A program made the position numbers and the translations under genes. From Eledone cirrhosa (lineage: Eukaryota), in contig OZ024742.1 of NCBI GenBank assembly GCA_964016885.1, positions 326,988,001 through 327,052,000 on the forward strand: a stretch of DNA of 64,000 nucleotides, read 5' to 3'. A model generated the notes under the pieces. That model worked only from the letters and a program-made list of their open reading frames with translations. It had not been told where the DNA came from and made no database searches. Of this stretch, positions 13,805-27,150 are shown in pieces. Position 1 is the first letter of the stretch. Every line of letters starts with the position of its first letter.

Positions 13805-14219
13805 AAATATACACATGCAGACACAATATATACATATACAGACACAATATATACATACAGACACAATATATACCCATACAGACACAATATACACACACAG
13901 TCAATATACACACACATACAGACAATATACACACAGTCAATATACACACACACACCAACACCTATATCAATAATTTACACTATGAAACCCACAATCTCAT
14001 CTACCCACCCTCAAACAGCACACACACACACACAGTCATACACCCTCTCATACACATGCACACACAAACACATACAGACACACACAGATACAGCACCTAT
14101 ATCAGTAATTACACTAACACTTTAACTAATGACCTCACACACACACACACCATCATTATCACCTCTATCTAGTAATTTACACCACCACATCTAACAAAGG
14201 ATGTCACATACTCAAGTGT

Positions 14220-14265
<46 letters not shown>

Positions 14266-14825
14266 TTAACAGTAATTTACAGCACAGCCCCAACCTACAA
14301 CCACACACACAGCCACACACACACACACACAGCCACACCAACACACACACACAGGTACACACACACACACACACACACACAGGTACACACTCACATGTAT
14401 CAGTAATTTACACCACACACACACTAACCCATCAGTAATTAACAAAAAGTAAACATTTCATTTTGAGGTTAGTGAAAACTTAATTAATTAAATAGAGAAG
14501 AGATAGAGAGAGAGAGAGGGGGAGAGAGAGAGAAAGAACAATGAAACATTGGATAAATGTGCAAACAACCCATCCAATGTGCAAACAACCCATCCAACCC
14601 ATTCACCCAAACAACTCACAAACAGTACAATCACAACTAAAGTGTTGTAATTAATAACAGAACACAGACTTAATGGCCACAATGACGACAAAAACAACAT
14701 GGAATTGAATGGACCTCCATCAGTTTCCATGAAGAGTGTAACATTCCAGCTTTTTGATCACGAGAACAGCCCTGCTCATGAAATTAACGTGTAAGTTGCA
14801 AGCTATTCCACAATCAGGTGTACCC

Positions 14826-15054
14826 ATAACCCTTTAGCATTTACATTACTCTATATATACTATTATATTTTCATAGTAAACACTTTAGCTAACATAATTA
14901 TCTCATATAATATCGAATCTACAAGATTTTGATATTATTTATTTTGTGAACAATACCTTAACATAAGTATGAGCAGCTGGTTACAGCAGGTTTGAACAGA
15001 AAGAGGTGAGAGAATTCTGTCCGGATATGGCCAGTTTAGATGCTAAAGGGCTAA
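14826..15054. mobile_element. piggyBac-like MITE
   Basis: TAACCCTTTAGCATTT...GATGCTAAAGGGCTAA; homologous to 6407-6610. Confidence 0.65.
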
Positions 15055-16061
15055 AGTAATTCCCTGAGAGATCCAACATGACACAGCATGTGACCAGGGC
15101 CTTTTTTAAGGAAGGGGGAGGGGGTGGAGCAATTTCCCCAGGTCCCCTACAGTGTGTGGGGGGCTACCAGCAATGGTCATAGCAATTTATTTGTTCCCTC
15201 AGTCGGGGAGGGGGGGGGGGGGGCCTGTGTATTCTAATTTTTTGTGTATGAAGGGGCCCTCAAAACAACTTAAATCTAACCCGGAGTGTGACAAGGCTAG
15301 CCCCTTGAATTACAGGTACAGTTTCTCCCTACTCAATCTCACATACAACCCATGCTAGCGTGGAAAATGGACGTTAAACGAAGATGATGATGATGAAGGC
15401 TTGGATCAACCTTAAACTATGGTAAAAGAAAACACTTGTGCAAGATGACATGAGGTAGGATCAAACCTAGGATTTCATGATTATGAAGCAAATTCCTTTG
15501 TCATTTGGTCATGCTGCATCTATTCAAAAATATTATCAACAAATAATAATATGTCTTCTTGTATCTCTTCCAACTGTGTGCAATATGAGTGCAACGGCTG
15601 CCTCTTGTCACTGAAAAAATAATGACATGAGAGGACTGAAGCACCTTATCATTAAAACACCTACCAAAATTCCTATGAAATACAATCTCATAGAAGGCCA
15701 ATTATACTTAGGCAAGTGTAAGTCACAACAATTACAACAAGCATTTTAAGGCCTTGTTTTCCTTGCCAAAGCTTAATACTTGTTAAAACATCTAAGAAAG
15801 CTCCAATGAAATACAATCTCATAAAAGAGGCTAAACCTATACAGGTGTGAGCCATAACAACCACATAAATTAACTGGAGGCAAGAGGGTTGCTGCTTTTG
15901 AAACCCAGTAATTCATACTGTGAGTATATAATTCATTTGGTATTTTATATCACAATTTCAAAGTGATACTATCTAGTATCGTTGGATACAGTCCACTGCA
16001 TTTCTGATAGAGAGATTGACTTGAAAGTGTCAACAACCGTTTGGTTTCCTCACCTACGTTT

Positions 16062-18670
16062 ATCATCATCATCACCGTTTTACGTCCGTTCTTCCATGCT
16101 AGCATGGGTTAGACGGGTTGTCCTGTTGTGGGCAGTGTCTGGTCGGCTGACCATACCTTGCTCATAGAGGAACTGATTTTGGCTTGATTTCTACAGCTGG
16201 ATGCCCTTCCTAACACCAACCTCATTTACAGTGAGTGCTAGGTGCTTTTTTCCGTGGTGCCTACACGTCCACTTTACAGTGTGGGCTGGGTGCTTTTTTG
16301 CCGTGGCACCTCCATGACCACTTTGCAGTAGGAGGGTCTGGGGCATATTGTCTATATGCTTCAGCTTGTACCCATGGGAGGTCGGGTACTCTGTATTACT
16401 GCGTGACGCCAGAGGTCACGGTCATGTGTCATCGCCTTTGCGAGGTGTAATTGGGTAAGGTCGGCTTTTATCACCTCATCCCAGGTCTTCTTGGGTCTCC
16501 CTACTCCGCGGTTTCCATCGACTTCTAGTGCTCTGCACCTTTTTATGCAAATGTCATCCTTCATACGCATCACATGTCCATACCAACGCAACCGCCTATC
16601 CTGCACACAGCATTTGATTCCTCTTATGCTCAGTCTCTCTCTCAATTCATTTATGCTTTGCCGTTCGCGTATATTACTATTACACATCCATCGGAGCATG
16701 CAGGCTTCGTTTCTTTGTAATCTACGTAAGTCTTCCACCTTCAGCGCCCAGGTCTCACTACCATGTAACATTGCTGTTCGGATACACGCATCATACATTC
16801 TGCCTTTCATTTTGAAGGAGAAGCCTTTTGCAGCTAGCAGTGGCAGTAGTTCCCTGAACTTTTTCCATCACGTTCTTACCCTAGTTATTGTACTTTCTGA
16901 ACACCCACCTCCACTGCTAATTCGGTCACCTAGGTAGTAGAAGCTGCCTACTGTTTCTACAGAACCCTCCCAGAGATTGGTGGTACTTGTTTCCTGTGGC
17001 TGTTTGCTGCCCCAGCACAGCTGCTACATGTGAAGCCTACATTCTTAATTAAGCTTCCTGAGATCCCGCTACATCTCTTGTGTACCCATTGTTTGCATTT
17101 GGGGCAGAGAATGGAGTTCCTACCTACACCTTTCCTACATACTGAGCAAGGCCATTTCCCTGAGGGGATCTGGGTTCTGTTTTCTCGTTTACTTACAAGG
17201 ACCTTAGTCTTTGTCATGTTGACTTTGAGACCCTTTCTTTCTAGTCCCTGCTTCCAGGTCATCTGCATACAGGAGTTCCCATGGGCATCCGGTCTTAAAC
17301 TCCTCCGTTTTGCCTGCAGGACTATGATGAACAGGAGAGGGCTAAGAATAGAGCCATGGTGGACACCAACCTGTACGCTAAATTCCTCGCTATACTCATT
17401 GCTAATCCTAACTTTGTTGACTGCTCCCCTGTACATGGCTTGTACAGCTTTCATAAGCCATTCATCTACTCATAGTTTTCTAAGAGCCCACCAGATTATA
17501 GCATGTGGAACTCTGTCAAAGGCTTTCTCGAGATCGACGAATGCCAGGTAGTGGCTTACTTTTAGCTAGGTACTTTTCCTGTAACTGCCTCACAAGGAAG
17601 AGGGCATCAGTGGTGCCTCTTCCTGGTACAAACCCAAATTGCATCTCATCTAGTTTCACCCGGTCCCAAATCAACTGTGCTATAACTCTTTCTGTTACTT
17701 TCATGACCTGGTCCATCAGCTTTATACCTCTATAGTTTCCTCTATCTAGTGCATCACCTTTACCTTTGTAGAAATTGACAATGATGCTACTGCACCAATC
17801 TTTTGGTATGACACCACCTAGTATTACCTGGTTAACAATACGTGTGGTTATAGTGTGACCTACAGACCCAGATGCCTTCAGCATCTCGGCAGCTATACCC
17901 GATGGACCGGTTGCCTTCCCCATCTTCATATCTTTGATTGCCTTACTTACTACGCTGCTGCTGACTTGTACTGCTGGCCCCTCTATAGGGTCTACTTGGG
18001 GTAGGGTCTCTTCTTCCCATGCATTCTCCTCATTTAGTAATCTATCATAATGGCTCTTCCATGCATCTTTCTTCTCAGCACTTGTGAGGGCAAGCTCACC
18101 TTTATCATTCCGGATACACTTCTCTCTAATGACATCACAATTCTCTCTGATACACCGCCTCGCAATCTTGAACACCTCCTGTTTCTGGTCCTCATGTTGC
18201 AAAACATACTTGAATTTTCTATCCTCTGCTTCCCTCCTAGCTAAGTATACTTGTCGCCTAGCTTCCCTCTTGGTCTCTATGTAATGTACCCTGCTTTCCC
18301 CGTTCTTCCATTCTTTCCATGCCTGTCTCTTGGCCTTAACTGCCTCATCTACCTTATTGTTCCACCACCAAGTCACTCTCCTCCTGCTTGTGGTCTTACT
18401 CCAGCCACAGATCTCATCCGTCGCCTCTAGTAAGTCATTTTTTAGGAACTCCCAGTGCTCTTCTACATTGAATGTCTCTATCTGTTCTTCTTTACTGTCG
18501 TAGGCGTTGAGTAAAATATCTTTAAATCTGTTACTGGCCGAGGGGTCTTTCGGCTTCCAGATCTTTCTTCTCCAGGTTGGCCTCTGTTTCCAGGTTCGTC
18601 TAGTTCTGACCGTGAGGTTGCTGACAACTAAGCTATGTTGGAAGGTACATTCCTCACTAGGGAAGGCTTT
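16062..18670 (-). mobile_element. RTE-clade LINE relic (end of endonuclease, RT, Cys/His finger insert, C-terminus, 3' UTR, (GAT)n tail)
   Basis: ORFs 17516-18871 (WWWN, KGKGDALDRGNYRGIKL, QFGF.PGRGTTDA), 16957-17454 (CSVC..CPKC..WVHKRC..CSSC) and 16361-16810 (MLHGSETW, RRLRWYGHVMRM). YADDL at ~17255-17270 is followed by a deletion. Confidence 0.93.
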
Positions 18671-18754
18671 TGTGTTTTTTGCAAATATACAACAGCAAAG
18701 GACACACATACATTCCACAAAGACACACAAAGATACATATATATGTATGTATTC

Positions 18755-18807
<53 letters not shown>

Positions 18808-19074
18808 TACACACATATATGCTTGTTTGTAGCCAGACAGCCAACTTCGAGTTCCATACTGTGGTCAACACATGTATATATGGGCTTCCACATAGATTCT
18901 GTCAAACAAATTTCACTTACAAGGCTATAACAGAAGTCATCTGTTCAAGCTGCTACATGGTGGCACTGAATCTGAAACCATATGCCTGCAAAGCAAACTC
19001 CTTCACCATACAGCCATGCCTGCACCAACACTTTACTTTTTTTTTCTTTTCTTTTTTTTTTCAGGTAGTGACGC

Positions 19075-19350
19075 TACTTCTCCTAATTAAGAGATCACAT
19101 TTCCAATATTACAGGCATGTGGTTAGAATGTCTCAGGAAAGACTTGGACAGATTTTACAGGTAAAACCAACCAGCAGGAGGCCCAGGGTAGGCCCGGAGC
19201 AAGATGGTTGGATAACATCCATAAACTTGGCTGATGTCACTTGGGATCCAGTCAGAACATTAGAGAGTGTTGCTTCTGACAGGACCCCCTTGGAAGGAGC
19301 GTTTGAGAATGCTTCCCTTATGACATTCTCAGGAATAAGAGGGCAAATAA
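19075..19350 (+). mobile_element. Degenerate RTE-like LINE 3' fragment (homologue at ~31420-31625)
   Basis: Translates to FQYYRHVVRM..KPTSRRPR; shares sequence with 31440-31620. Confidence 0.55.
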
Positions 19351-19417
19351 TAATAATGATGGTAATTTATGTTAGGATACAGACAATTCAAATGTTTCCA
19401 CTGCTTCTAAAGTCAAC

Positions 19418-19470
<53 letters not shown>

Positions 19471-20031
19471 CTAGATAGATAAAGATGAATGTAATAATCT
19501 ACAAAATATCATCTGATCTACAACTGATCAAATAAGGAAATAATTGAATTGTTTAATTAAGAGGAGGAGAGGGTGGGGTGGGGAGGAGGGAGTGGGGTAG
19601 CAGGAGAGGAGGGAGGAGAGGGGTAGTGCTAAGAGCAGGTGTACTTTATTATATATTCTATATGACAGGAAGTCTATGAGTCAATTAAGAGCTGCACTGA
19701 TATAAACAATATATATGACAGAGGGAGGGGGTAAATCCTCACTATATTACTACATATGTGAGATCCATACATACTGTATGGTAATGTGTACTTGTGTGCT
19801 GATATAACACTTGACCTTATTCAAACATATTTCTCAGCTGTTCTCTTTTTCACTCAACAGAATTTGGTAGTTTAGTTCACAATAGAGGCATTTTGAAGTG
19901 TTAGAGAGAGCCAAACTAATTAATTATGTTAAAATTTCACATATGTACATACATGTATATGTGTACATATGTAGAGCAAGAGAGTCAACATATATATCAT
20001 CATCATTATCATTTTATGGCTGCTTTCCATG

Positions 20032-20069
<38 letters not shown>

Positions 20070-20114
20070 GTGTGTGTGTCTGTGTGTGTGTGTGTGTGTA
20101 CATATCTATCTATA

Positions 20115-20360
20115 CATACATACATCTATGAATGAAAAGCTGGCTGTATGATGCCTGTGTGTGAAGTGATGTTGCATGGAAGTGAAACATGGCTAATGAT
20201 TGCAGAAGATATGTGAAGGCTAGAGAGAAATGAAGCAAGCATGCTTCAACAGATGTGTGATGTTAATGTGCTTGAATAGTAAAGCATGGATGGACTGAGA
20301 GGTAAACTGCGTAAAGAGGAATTAAATGTAGTGTGCAGGATAGAAGACTACACTGGCTGA
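20115..20360 (+). mobile_element. Degenerate RTE LINE C-terminal fragment
   Basis: CTGTATGATGCCTGTG..ATGTTGCATGGAAGTGAAACATGG (LYDAC..MLHGSETW), homologous to the RTE copies above. Confidence 0.75.
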
Positions 20361-21861
20361 CCAAATTTTGCTCCACTGTAGGTTGTAAGAATCAACTAAA
20401 AGGGTTGGCAACAGGAAGAGCATCCAGCTGTAAATCATTGCCTCAAAAAATAAAACTTGATGAGTATGAAACATAGTATGAGGCCTACAAGGCTAACCCA
20501 TACTTTAGCAAGGAAAATGTCCTTAAAACACTTGTTATGCAAATATCAAATACTTCAAGTAAAATTTTAAAGTAGTGAAAAAATTTACTTTGTTATATTA
20601 TAAACATTATCATAGGCAAAATGAGTATAAAAAGAATCAGCTGTTGTGTGCAATATGATGTATGTGAAACCTGACAATTGGTGGAAGAAAGTTTAAGTGA
20701 TTCAAGTGGAAGGAACATACAGAAGAGAAAAGATCAAAGACATGAGAAAAAGTGATGCAGGTTGATCTCAGGATTCTGAACTTCACAAGAGATAACAAAT
20801 GACCACAAATGGTGAGATGTACTGGAACAGATTCATCCAGCCAACAATATGAAAAAAAGCACAGTTGTAAAATGATATAAGTGTTTTAAAGCCATTTCCC
20901 CTGCTAAAGCAGAGGTTAGTATTGTGGTCTCCATGATAGGCTTCATATACATCATAGACTCCCTTTTTAAGCAATGATTTATAACTGGCTTCCTTTCTGG
21001 CGTTAACCCCTTTAGTTGCCTCTTATGACAGACAGGGGTATAGTGTACCTATTATAAATTAGGTACATATAGTGTTCTAATTATGATGACTATCAAAAAT
21101 ATCTTCATTTGAGCATGATGACATAGTTCTGCTCAACCAGGACTGACCTAGGGCTAAATAATAATAACATGATATTCAATGAGTTTTTAAAGAAGCCTCT
21201 ACATGGCCACATGATATGTTAGAAATAGCATTCAAATCTCTCAAATTGTAGTTTGTTGTCTTAAAAATAGGAAAGCGCACATTTCATAGTGTATTCTTAG
21301 ATAAACTGTCTCTATAAATGGTCACAACTGGAATGTTTTTGGTTATATATCTGGAATGAAATGCCAACAACTTGTTCAGAATGACAAATGAAAAATGTCT
21401 CAATTTCTCACTCACTAGTGTAAGTTTGTCAGTATATGGGTATAGCACAAATTATTGTGCAGGCAATTAAACACTACAAACGATATTAGTCATAATAGGA
21501 CAACACTTATGTAGGATTATATGTTAGTGTGTGAGTGACTTCATATGTGTGTGTGCATATGAGTGACTTCATATGTGTGTGTGCATATGAGTGACTTCAT
21601 GTGTGTGTGTGTGTGTGAATGTGTGTTTGTAGACAGCTAAATATCTGGAAACTGATCTCAATATACATGTGCCTGTACTCAAAGACATTCTTGATAAGCT
21701 ACACACACACACACACAGAAACAAATACCACACACACACACACAGAAACAAATACATGTGCATACAGATGCAAATACACACACACACACAGGCAATTTAG
21801 TTTTGTAATATATTTTGTTATATGATGTTTATGTTTCAAAACAAATACACATAGTCATAAG

Positions 21862-21975
<114 letters not shown>

Positions 21976-22737
21976 CATTTTCCATCCATTTTCCATACTA
22001 TTTATACTCACATACAAAGGCAAGCTTACATACAACCAGTACTTGCAATAACAATAATAATGAACTATTAAATCTGGTAAAGACATTATCTTTTCCTGTC
22101 TCTAGATATGTGTGTGTGTGTGTACATCAGTGTGCATGTATACATGCTAGAAAGTTCTATATGAGAAAGCAGCAAACTCTATATGAGAAAGCAGCAAACT
22201 CTAGCCCATGGTCCAAATTCAGTCAATTTTTAGCTTCATTTCATCTGGCCATAGACTTCATTGAATATGTCATTGCATAGAAAAATACTTAGTTTATCTT
22301 TTCAAACTTTACTTAGCAATGAATAAAATTCAGTATCAAAAAGATTTGACATCTTGCAGTGACCTCAAAAGAAATCAATATTTTACAAATACAAATACTT
22401 GGTAAAAAAAATGGAAGTTTGCCATGTGTAAGATTTTAATCTTTAGGACACTGAATTTCTTTTATGGATTGCTTCCCTTGACACTGTATTATGTATTCAG
22501 GGGAGATTACTCTATCGGCGACTTATGTCTCCAACAGCACCAAGAAGGTTAAACAGTAAATGTTTTCACCTTTTTAAATTGGAGCAAAGGCACATTTATT
22601 TTATTGAAAATCATTTATTTTATTCTATGTTAAACACATATAATGAAAAACAACTTTAAAAAGAAAAACCTGTTTCCATGATCAAAGTTTCATTTTTCTT
22701 TTATCTTCCTTGACCAAATATTCCCAATCCAACCTAC

Positions 22738-22810
22738 CACCAAAAAGGTTTGCCAATTCCTGTACTATATTCTCAGCAACTGACTCTATAAGTTCTTTCT
22801 TTTGAAGTCT
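22738..22810 (-). CDS. Putative 73-nt internal exon of the same gene (RLQKKELIESVAENIVQELANLFG + G)
   Basis: Acceptor TGTTTCAG and donor G|GTAGGT flank an open amphipathic-helix-like frame. The leftover G plus the AA at the start of exon 568 gives GAA (Glu), in frame. Confidence 0.65.
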
Positions 22811-23019
22811 CTGAAACATCAGATCAGATTTCCCATCCTTTCACAACAACTCAATTCACTGTAATGTTTTATAGCCTACAAACTTTTATATTTTATCAAC
22901 ACATAAATAAAGACTATTCAGAAGTGAGGTTACAGCATGTGCCATTCATTCTACTACTTTGACGCTAAACTCTGCCAGTTGCAGACTGCGCATCAAAATG
23001 AGATATTTTTCTCCACAAA

Positions 23020-23280
23020 GTTCAATCATCAACCGCAGAGTGCGAAGAGCAAAGATTAATTCCAGTCCATAAATTGACATTGTCAAGCCATCGTTTTGGC
23101 TGCCGGCCTCTGCTTCCCTTACCAGCCAACCTTCCTTCCAGGCATAACCTACTCACACCACAAGTTGATCTTTTTATATGACCGTATAGTTTGAATATTC
23201 TTAACTTGACAATTGATGTAATTGGTCTGAGACATCCTGATTCAGTCATAGACGTGCCTACAAAACAGTTTCCATGGCAT
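23020..23280 (-). mobile_element. Degenerate RTE/BovB-like C-terminal fragment
   Basis: ORF with KLYGHIKR..EGRLAGKGSRGRQPKRWLDNV. Confidence 0.6.
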
Positions 23281-23829
23281 TCAAACCAGATATTTGCCTC
23301 CATGTTTGACTCCAGGTGACCCAGGTGAGAGGTGAAGGATGAGGGAAAGACAGAAAGAAAGCGAGAGATTAATTATTGACCTTGAGAGAATTAAAGGCAA
23401 AATGGACTTCAGCGGGATTTAAACACAAATAAACAAATACCACAAGGTATTTTGTCCTATGTTCTACCACCTTACTAACTCATTCAAATTGCAACATTAT
23501 ATGGCAAATCACCATCCATCAATGTAAAATATTATTGAAAAGTATGATATGTTTGACAGGCAAGTCAAATAAAATATGAGTATATAAATAATACTGCCAT
23601 GTCTTTTGTTTAAAATGTAGCTTAGTTACTACTAATGTTTAAACAAAAGAGCAACATGAAGAAATTGTTGAATAGAAACTAGGGTGATGTATTGACATTT
23701 TTAGGGACCAGTGGTCATGAATGGATGAGTTTTGTATTATATGGCTTTGTGTGCCAGTGTATATGAATGTGTGCATGTATGTGTGATTTTATAACATATA
23801 AAGTGCCATTATTTAACACTTAACCCGAG

Positions 23830-24018
23830 GGCGGTGGATTGGCAGTATCAGTAGAGAGTCGGACGCCATGCTTTCCAGCATAGTTACGTCCCTTTACGGT
23901 CTGTGTTCAAATCCTGCCGAGGTTAACTTTGCCTTTCATCCTTACGGGGTCGATAAAATAAAGTACCAGTAATGTACTGGGTAATTGCTGGCCTTGTGCC
24001 AAAAGTAGAAACAATTAT
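23830..24018 (+). mobile_element. Full-length tRNA-derived SINE
   Basis: 5' GGCGGTGGATTGGCAG (A-box-like), GTTCAAATCC (B-box-like), family core, AT-rich tail. Confidence 0.88.
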
Positions 24019-24149
24019 TTAACGCTTAACATCCTGTACCACATGAAACTGCATTAACAAGACATTCTTGATAAGTATAAAACAGCACTTTAACTGCATC
24101 AAATGTTCACAATATGGTTTTCAGTTCAGTACTCCTACAAGTGTTTTAT

Positions 24150-24340
24150 ATAATTGTTTCTACTTTTGGCACAAGGCCAACAATTACCCAGTACATTACT
24201 GGTACTTTATTTTATCGACCCCGTAAGGATGAAAGGCAAAGTTAACCTCGGCGGGATTTGAACTCAGATCATAAAGGGACGTAACTCTATGCTTCAAAGC
24301 ATTATGTCTGACTCTCTATCGATACTGCCAATCCACCGCC
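24150..24340 (-). mobile_element. Full-length tRNA-derived SINE (inverted partner of 23830-24018)
   Basis: Near reverse complement of 23830-24018. Confidence 0.88.
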
Positions 24341-25377
24341 TTATAATAACCTCGAGTTGGTCAATGCCTTGCGTGATAGTCGGTAGGTTGAAACTGTGCA
24401 GAAGTCCATCATATATATTTGTGCCTGTGCCAGTGACTGTCTATGTCCATTAACTTAATGGTTCAACAAAAAGAAATTGTTAAAATTAGTATAAGACTTG
24501 AACAAAAATATACTGAGGTTGATACGGTTGGATAAATCTTTTAAATGCATAAATAAACCAGCATGGCACAGTCCAATGATTGAAACCAGTAAAAGAAAGG
24601 AAAATAGACTAGACTCCATATATCTATTGTATCCATTATTCAGTCAATGTTGTTTTATCTATCTAAAAACATTTATCTTTAACTATATATGTCAATGTGT
24701 GTGTACACACTGACACATGCTCATGTCTATGTATAAATTAATTCGTGTGGGGTGCAATAAGGTGTGGGGTGTAAGCATGTGTCAAATTTGGGAATGTGAG
24801 CAAGCTTCCTCCTTCTCCCTAACCTTTATCTGAGGACAGGTCAGTGGGCCAGTCATGTCAAACAAAGTAAAAAAAGGCTCCTTTAACAAAAGGCCACTAC
24901 TACCCCACCACTTCTACCACCAACATTGTGAGCAACAATAGAAATTCCTATAAATAAGAAAAAAATATAGACAGGATATGGAAAAGAGGGCTAGGGCAAA
25001 CTCCACCTTAATGTCACTGCCCAGAATATAAGGTGCAAACATACAGTCAATGAATTTTATCTATAGCCAGCGAATTTGTTATATAGCAGTGATCCCCAGC
25101 CTGTGGCCCTAGGATCGCATGCTACCCATAAGGATATTTAGTGCGGTCCTCAGAACAATCGAATGAGACCTTGTCATTGAAATCAGAAAACGATCAGCAA
25201 GAAGATTTTAAATCATTCAAAAGTATCTGCTTATTAGAATCAAAGGTCGAAATAATGTTATCAAAATATTCAAGTAAACTACAACACAGCCACTATGATA
25301 ACTACGTAGATCAAAACAAAAGCGTGTTGGCTATGGGGACAGGGTAAGTGTATGGTAATGGTTGTGGAAATAATAAT

Positions 25378-25580
25378 GGATTTAGGCACAAGACCAGCAA
25401 TTTTGGGAGTGAGGAAAGTCTATTAAATAGACCCCAGTGCTTGATTGGTACTTTATTTTATCGACACAGTAAGGATGAAAAGCAAAGCTAACCTCGCCGG
25501 GATTTGAACTCAGAACGCAAAAAGCCATAAATCCTATGCTGCAAAGCACGGTGTCCGACGCTCTACCGATTCTGCCAAGA
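25378..25580 (-). mobile_element. SINE copy
   Basis: Family core and B-box in reverse orientation. Confidence 0.8.
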
Positions 25581-25862
25581 TGTTGGGAGGGGGAAAAGAT
25601 ACTAATGTAAAGTTGGTCGATGAGGTTGGTGGTATTGGTGCACATAGCAACTAAGTATTTGTTTCCGGAGATACTAAGTTTCATGACAGACGATATCTTT
25701 CGTTATTACAATTCACACTCATATATATATATATATAATATATATAAACAAAAATGATTTTCTGAGAAGGAAGAAGCCACAGTTAAATTCATAATCACAA
25801 TAACAGTCAGTGATGATTATTACCTTTTACATTGTTACATCATTTTACAACTGTTTCTATAC

Positions 25863-25929
25863 TTCATTCAATTTCTTGCACGACTTTTCTATTTTTGAAA
25901 GATGCCGCATCATTGAACAGTTTGCTTTC
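25863..25929 (-). CDS. Putative 67-nt exon of the same gene (G + KANCSMMRHLSKIEKSCKKLNE)
   Basis: Acceptor CTTTCCAAAAG and a weak donor GAA|GTATAG. It ends in phase 0, matching the phase-0 start of exon 22810. It contains ATG ATG, a possible start. Confidence 0.45.
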
Positions 25930-26966
25930 CTTTTGGAAAGTGGTTAATGAGATTACTACACTTCAATGACTGCTGCACAACAGCCAACAGACAACGTTTA
26001 CAGCATTTTTCAAACCGAGACTTTTATTTTAAGAATTAAAGAATTTCAACTATAGAATTATAGGTGATCACCAACTGTAAAAGTCACCAGTCAATGGAAT
26101 TTTCGAAATTTAATTCTGTCCAAAGCCTGGAGTCTTATCAGGTCGGAGCTTATTCCAATCATTTTCAGCTAAGTTAACTCGAATCTTTGAAGTGTTTTGC
26201 TCAAGAATGCAACGCGCACCCAATCTAGGAATTGAACTTGGGACATTACGACCGTAAGTCTGACACTAACAACTTGGTCGCGCACCTTCATCCGATGCAA
26301 TAATAAAAGAGAGCGAGACATTATTTTATAATCAACGATAATATTATCAAAATTAATGAATATCAAAGTCATTAATTTAAAATGAATCAAAACTGATTCA
26401 CTCATAAAAATCAAATATCCAAATACTGTTATTCTCGGCAGGTTATGATGCAATAAGTGTTTTCGAAAAGGATTCCACTGGTTTCGAAAATGGATGGAAA
26501 GACTGTTTAATGATTAGCTAAAATACGTTGAGGTCTGGGGGGATATGTGGGCACTGCTCTTCCCTACCAAATGAAATAATAAAACAAAATCGAAAGATAG
26601 CACAGAAGATTGTACGCCGGGAAAATATATTTTAGCCTTACAATTAATCTATACACTACACGCATTCATTCATTTATATAAATCTCTACCCGATACCTAG
26701 TCTGGGTGTATAATATACACATATAGAATATACACTTCTATAAATTTGTAAATATGAAACGTATATATGTTTGCACACACAGAGAGAAGTGGGTGTATAT
26801 ATGTATATGAAAAGATACACACTAAGAATAAAAACACAGTGCTAAGATTTCACCGATAAGATCAGTATTGAATTTAATACACATGTATATAAGACAGTTG
26901 CAGGAAGTCTTTGATATTTAATGCAAGAGGAGAAATTGAGAATTAAAAGGGAGAGGGGTGCCATGT

Positions 26967-27150
26967 ATAATTGTTTCTACTTTTGGCACTAAGCCAGCAA
27001 TCTGAAGGGAAGGAGAAAGTCGATTAAATCGATCCCAGTATTGGTACTCTATTTTATCGACTCCGGCAAAATTAATTTCGGCAGGATTTAAAGTCAGATT
27101 GTAAAGAGCCTGCAAATCATGTTGTCCGACGCCCTACCGATTCTGCTTAT
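26967..27150 (-). mobile_element. SINE copy with internal deletion
   Basis: Family core in reverse orientation. Confidence 0.7.

Noticed and set aside
18507-19478. 323-aa plus-strand ORF
   Set aside because: Chimera of antisense RTE sequence, a TA microsatellite and a decayed LINE fragment.
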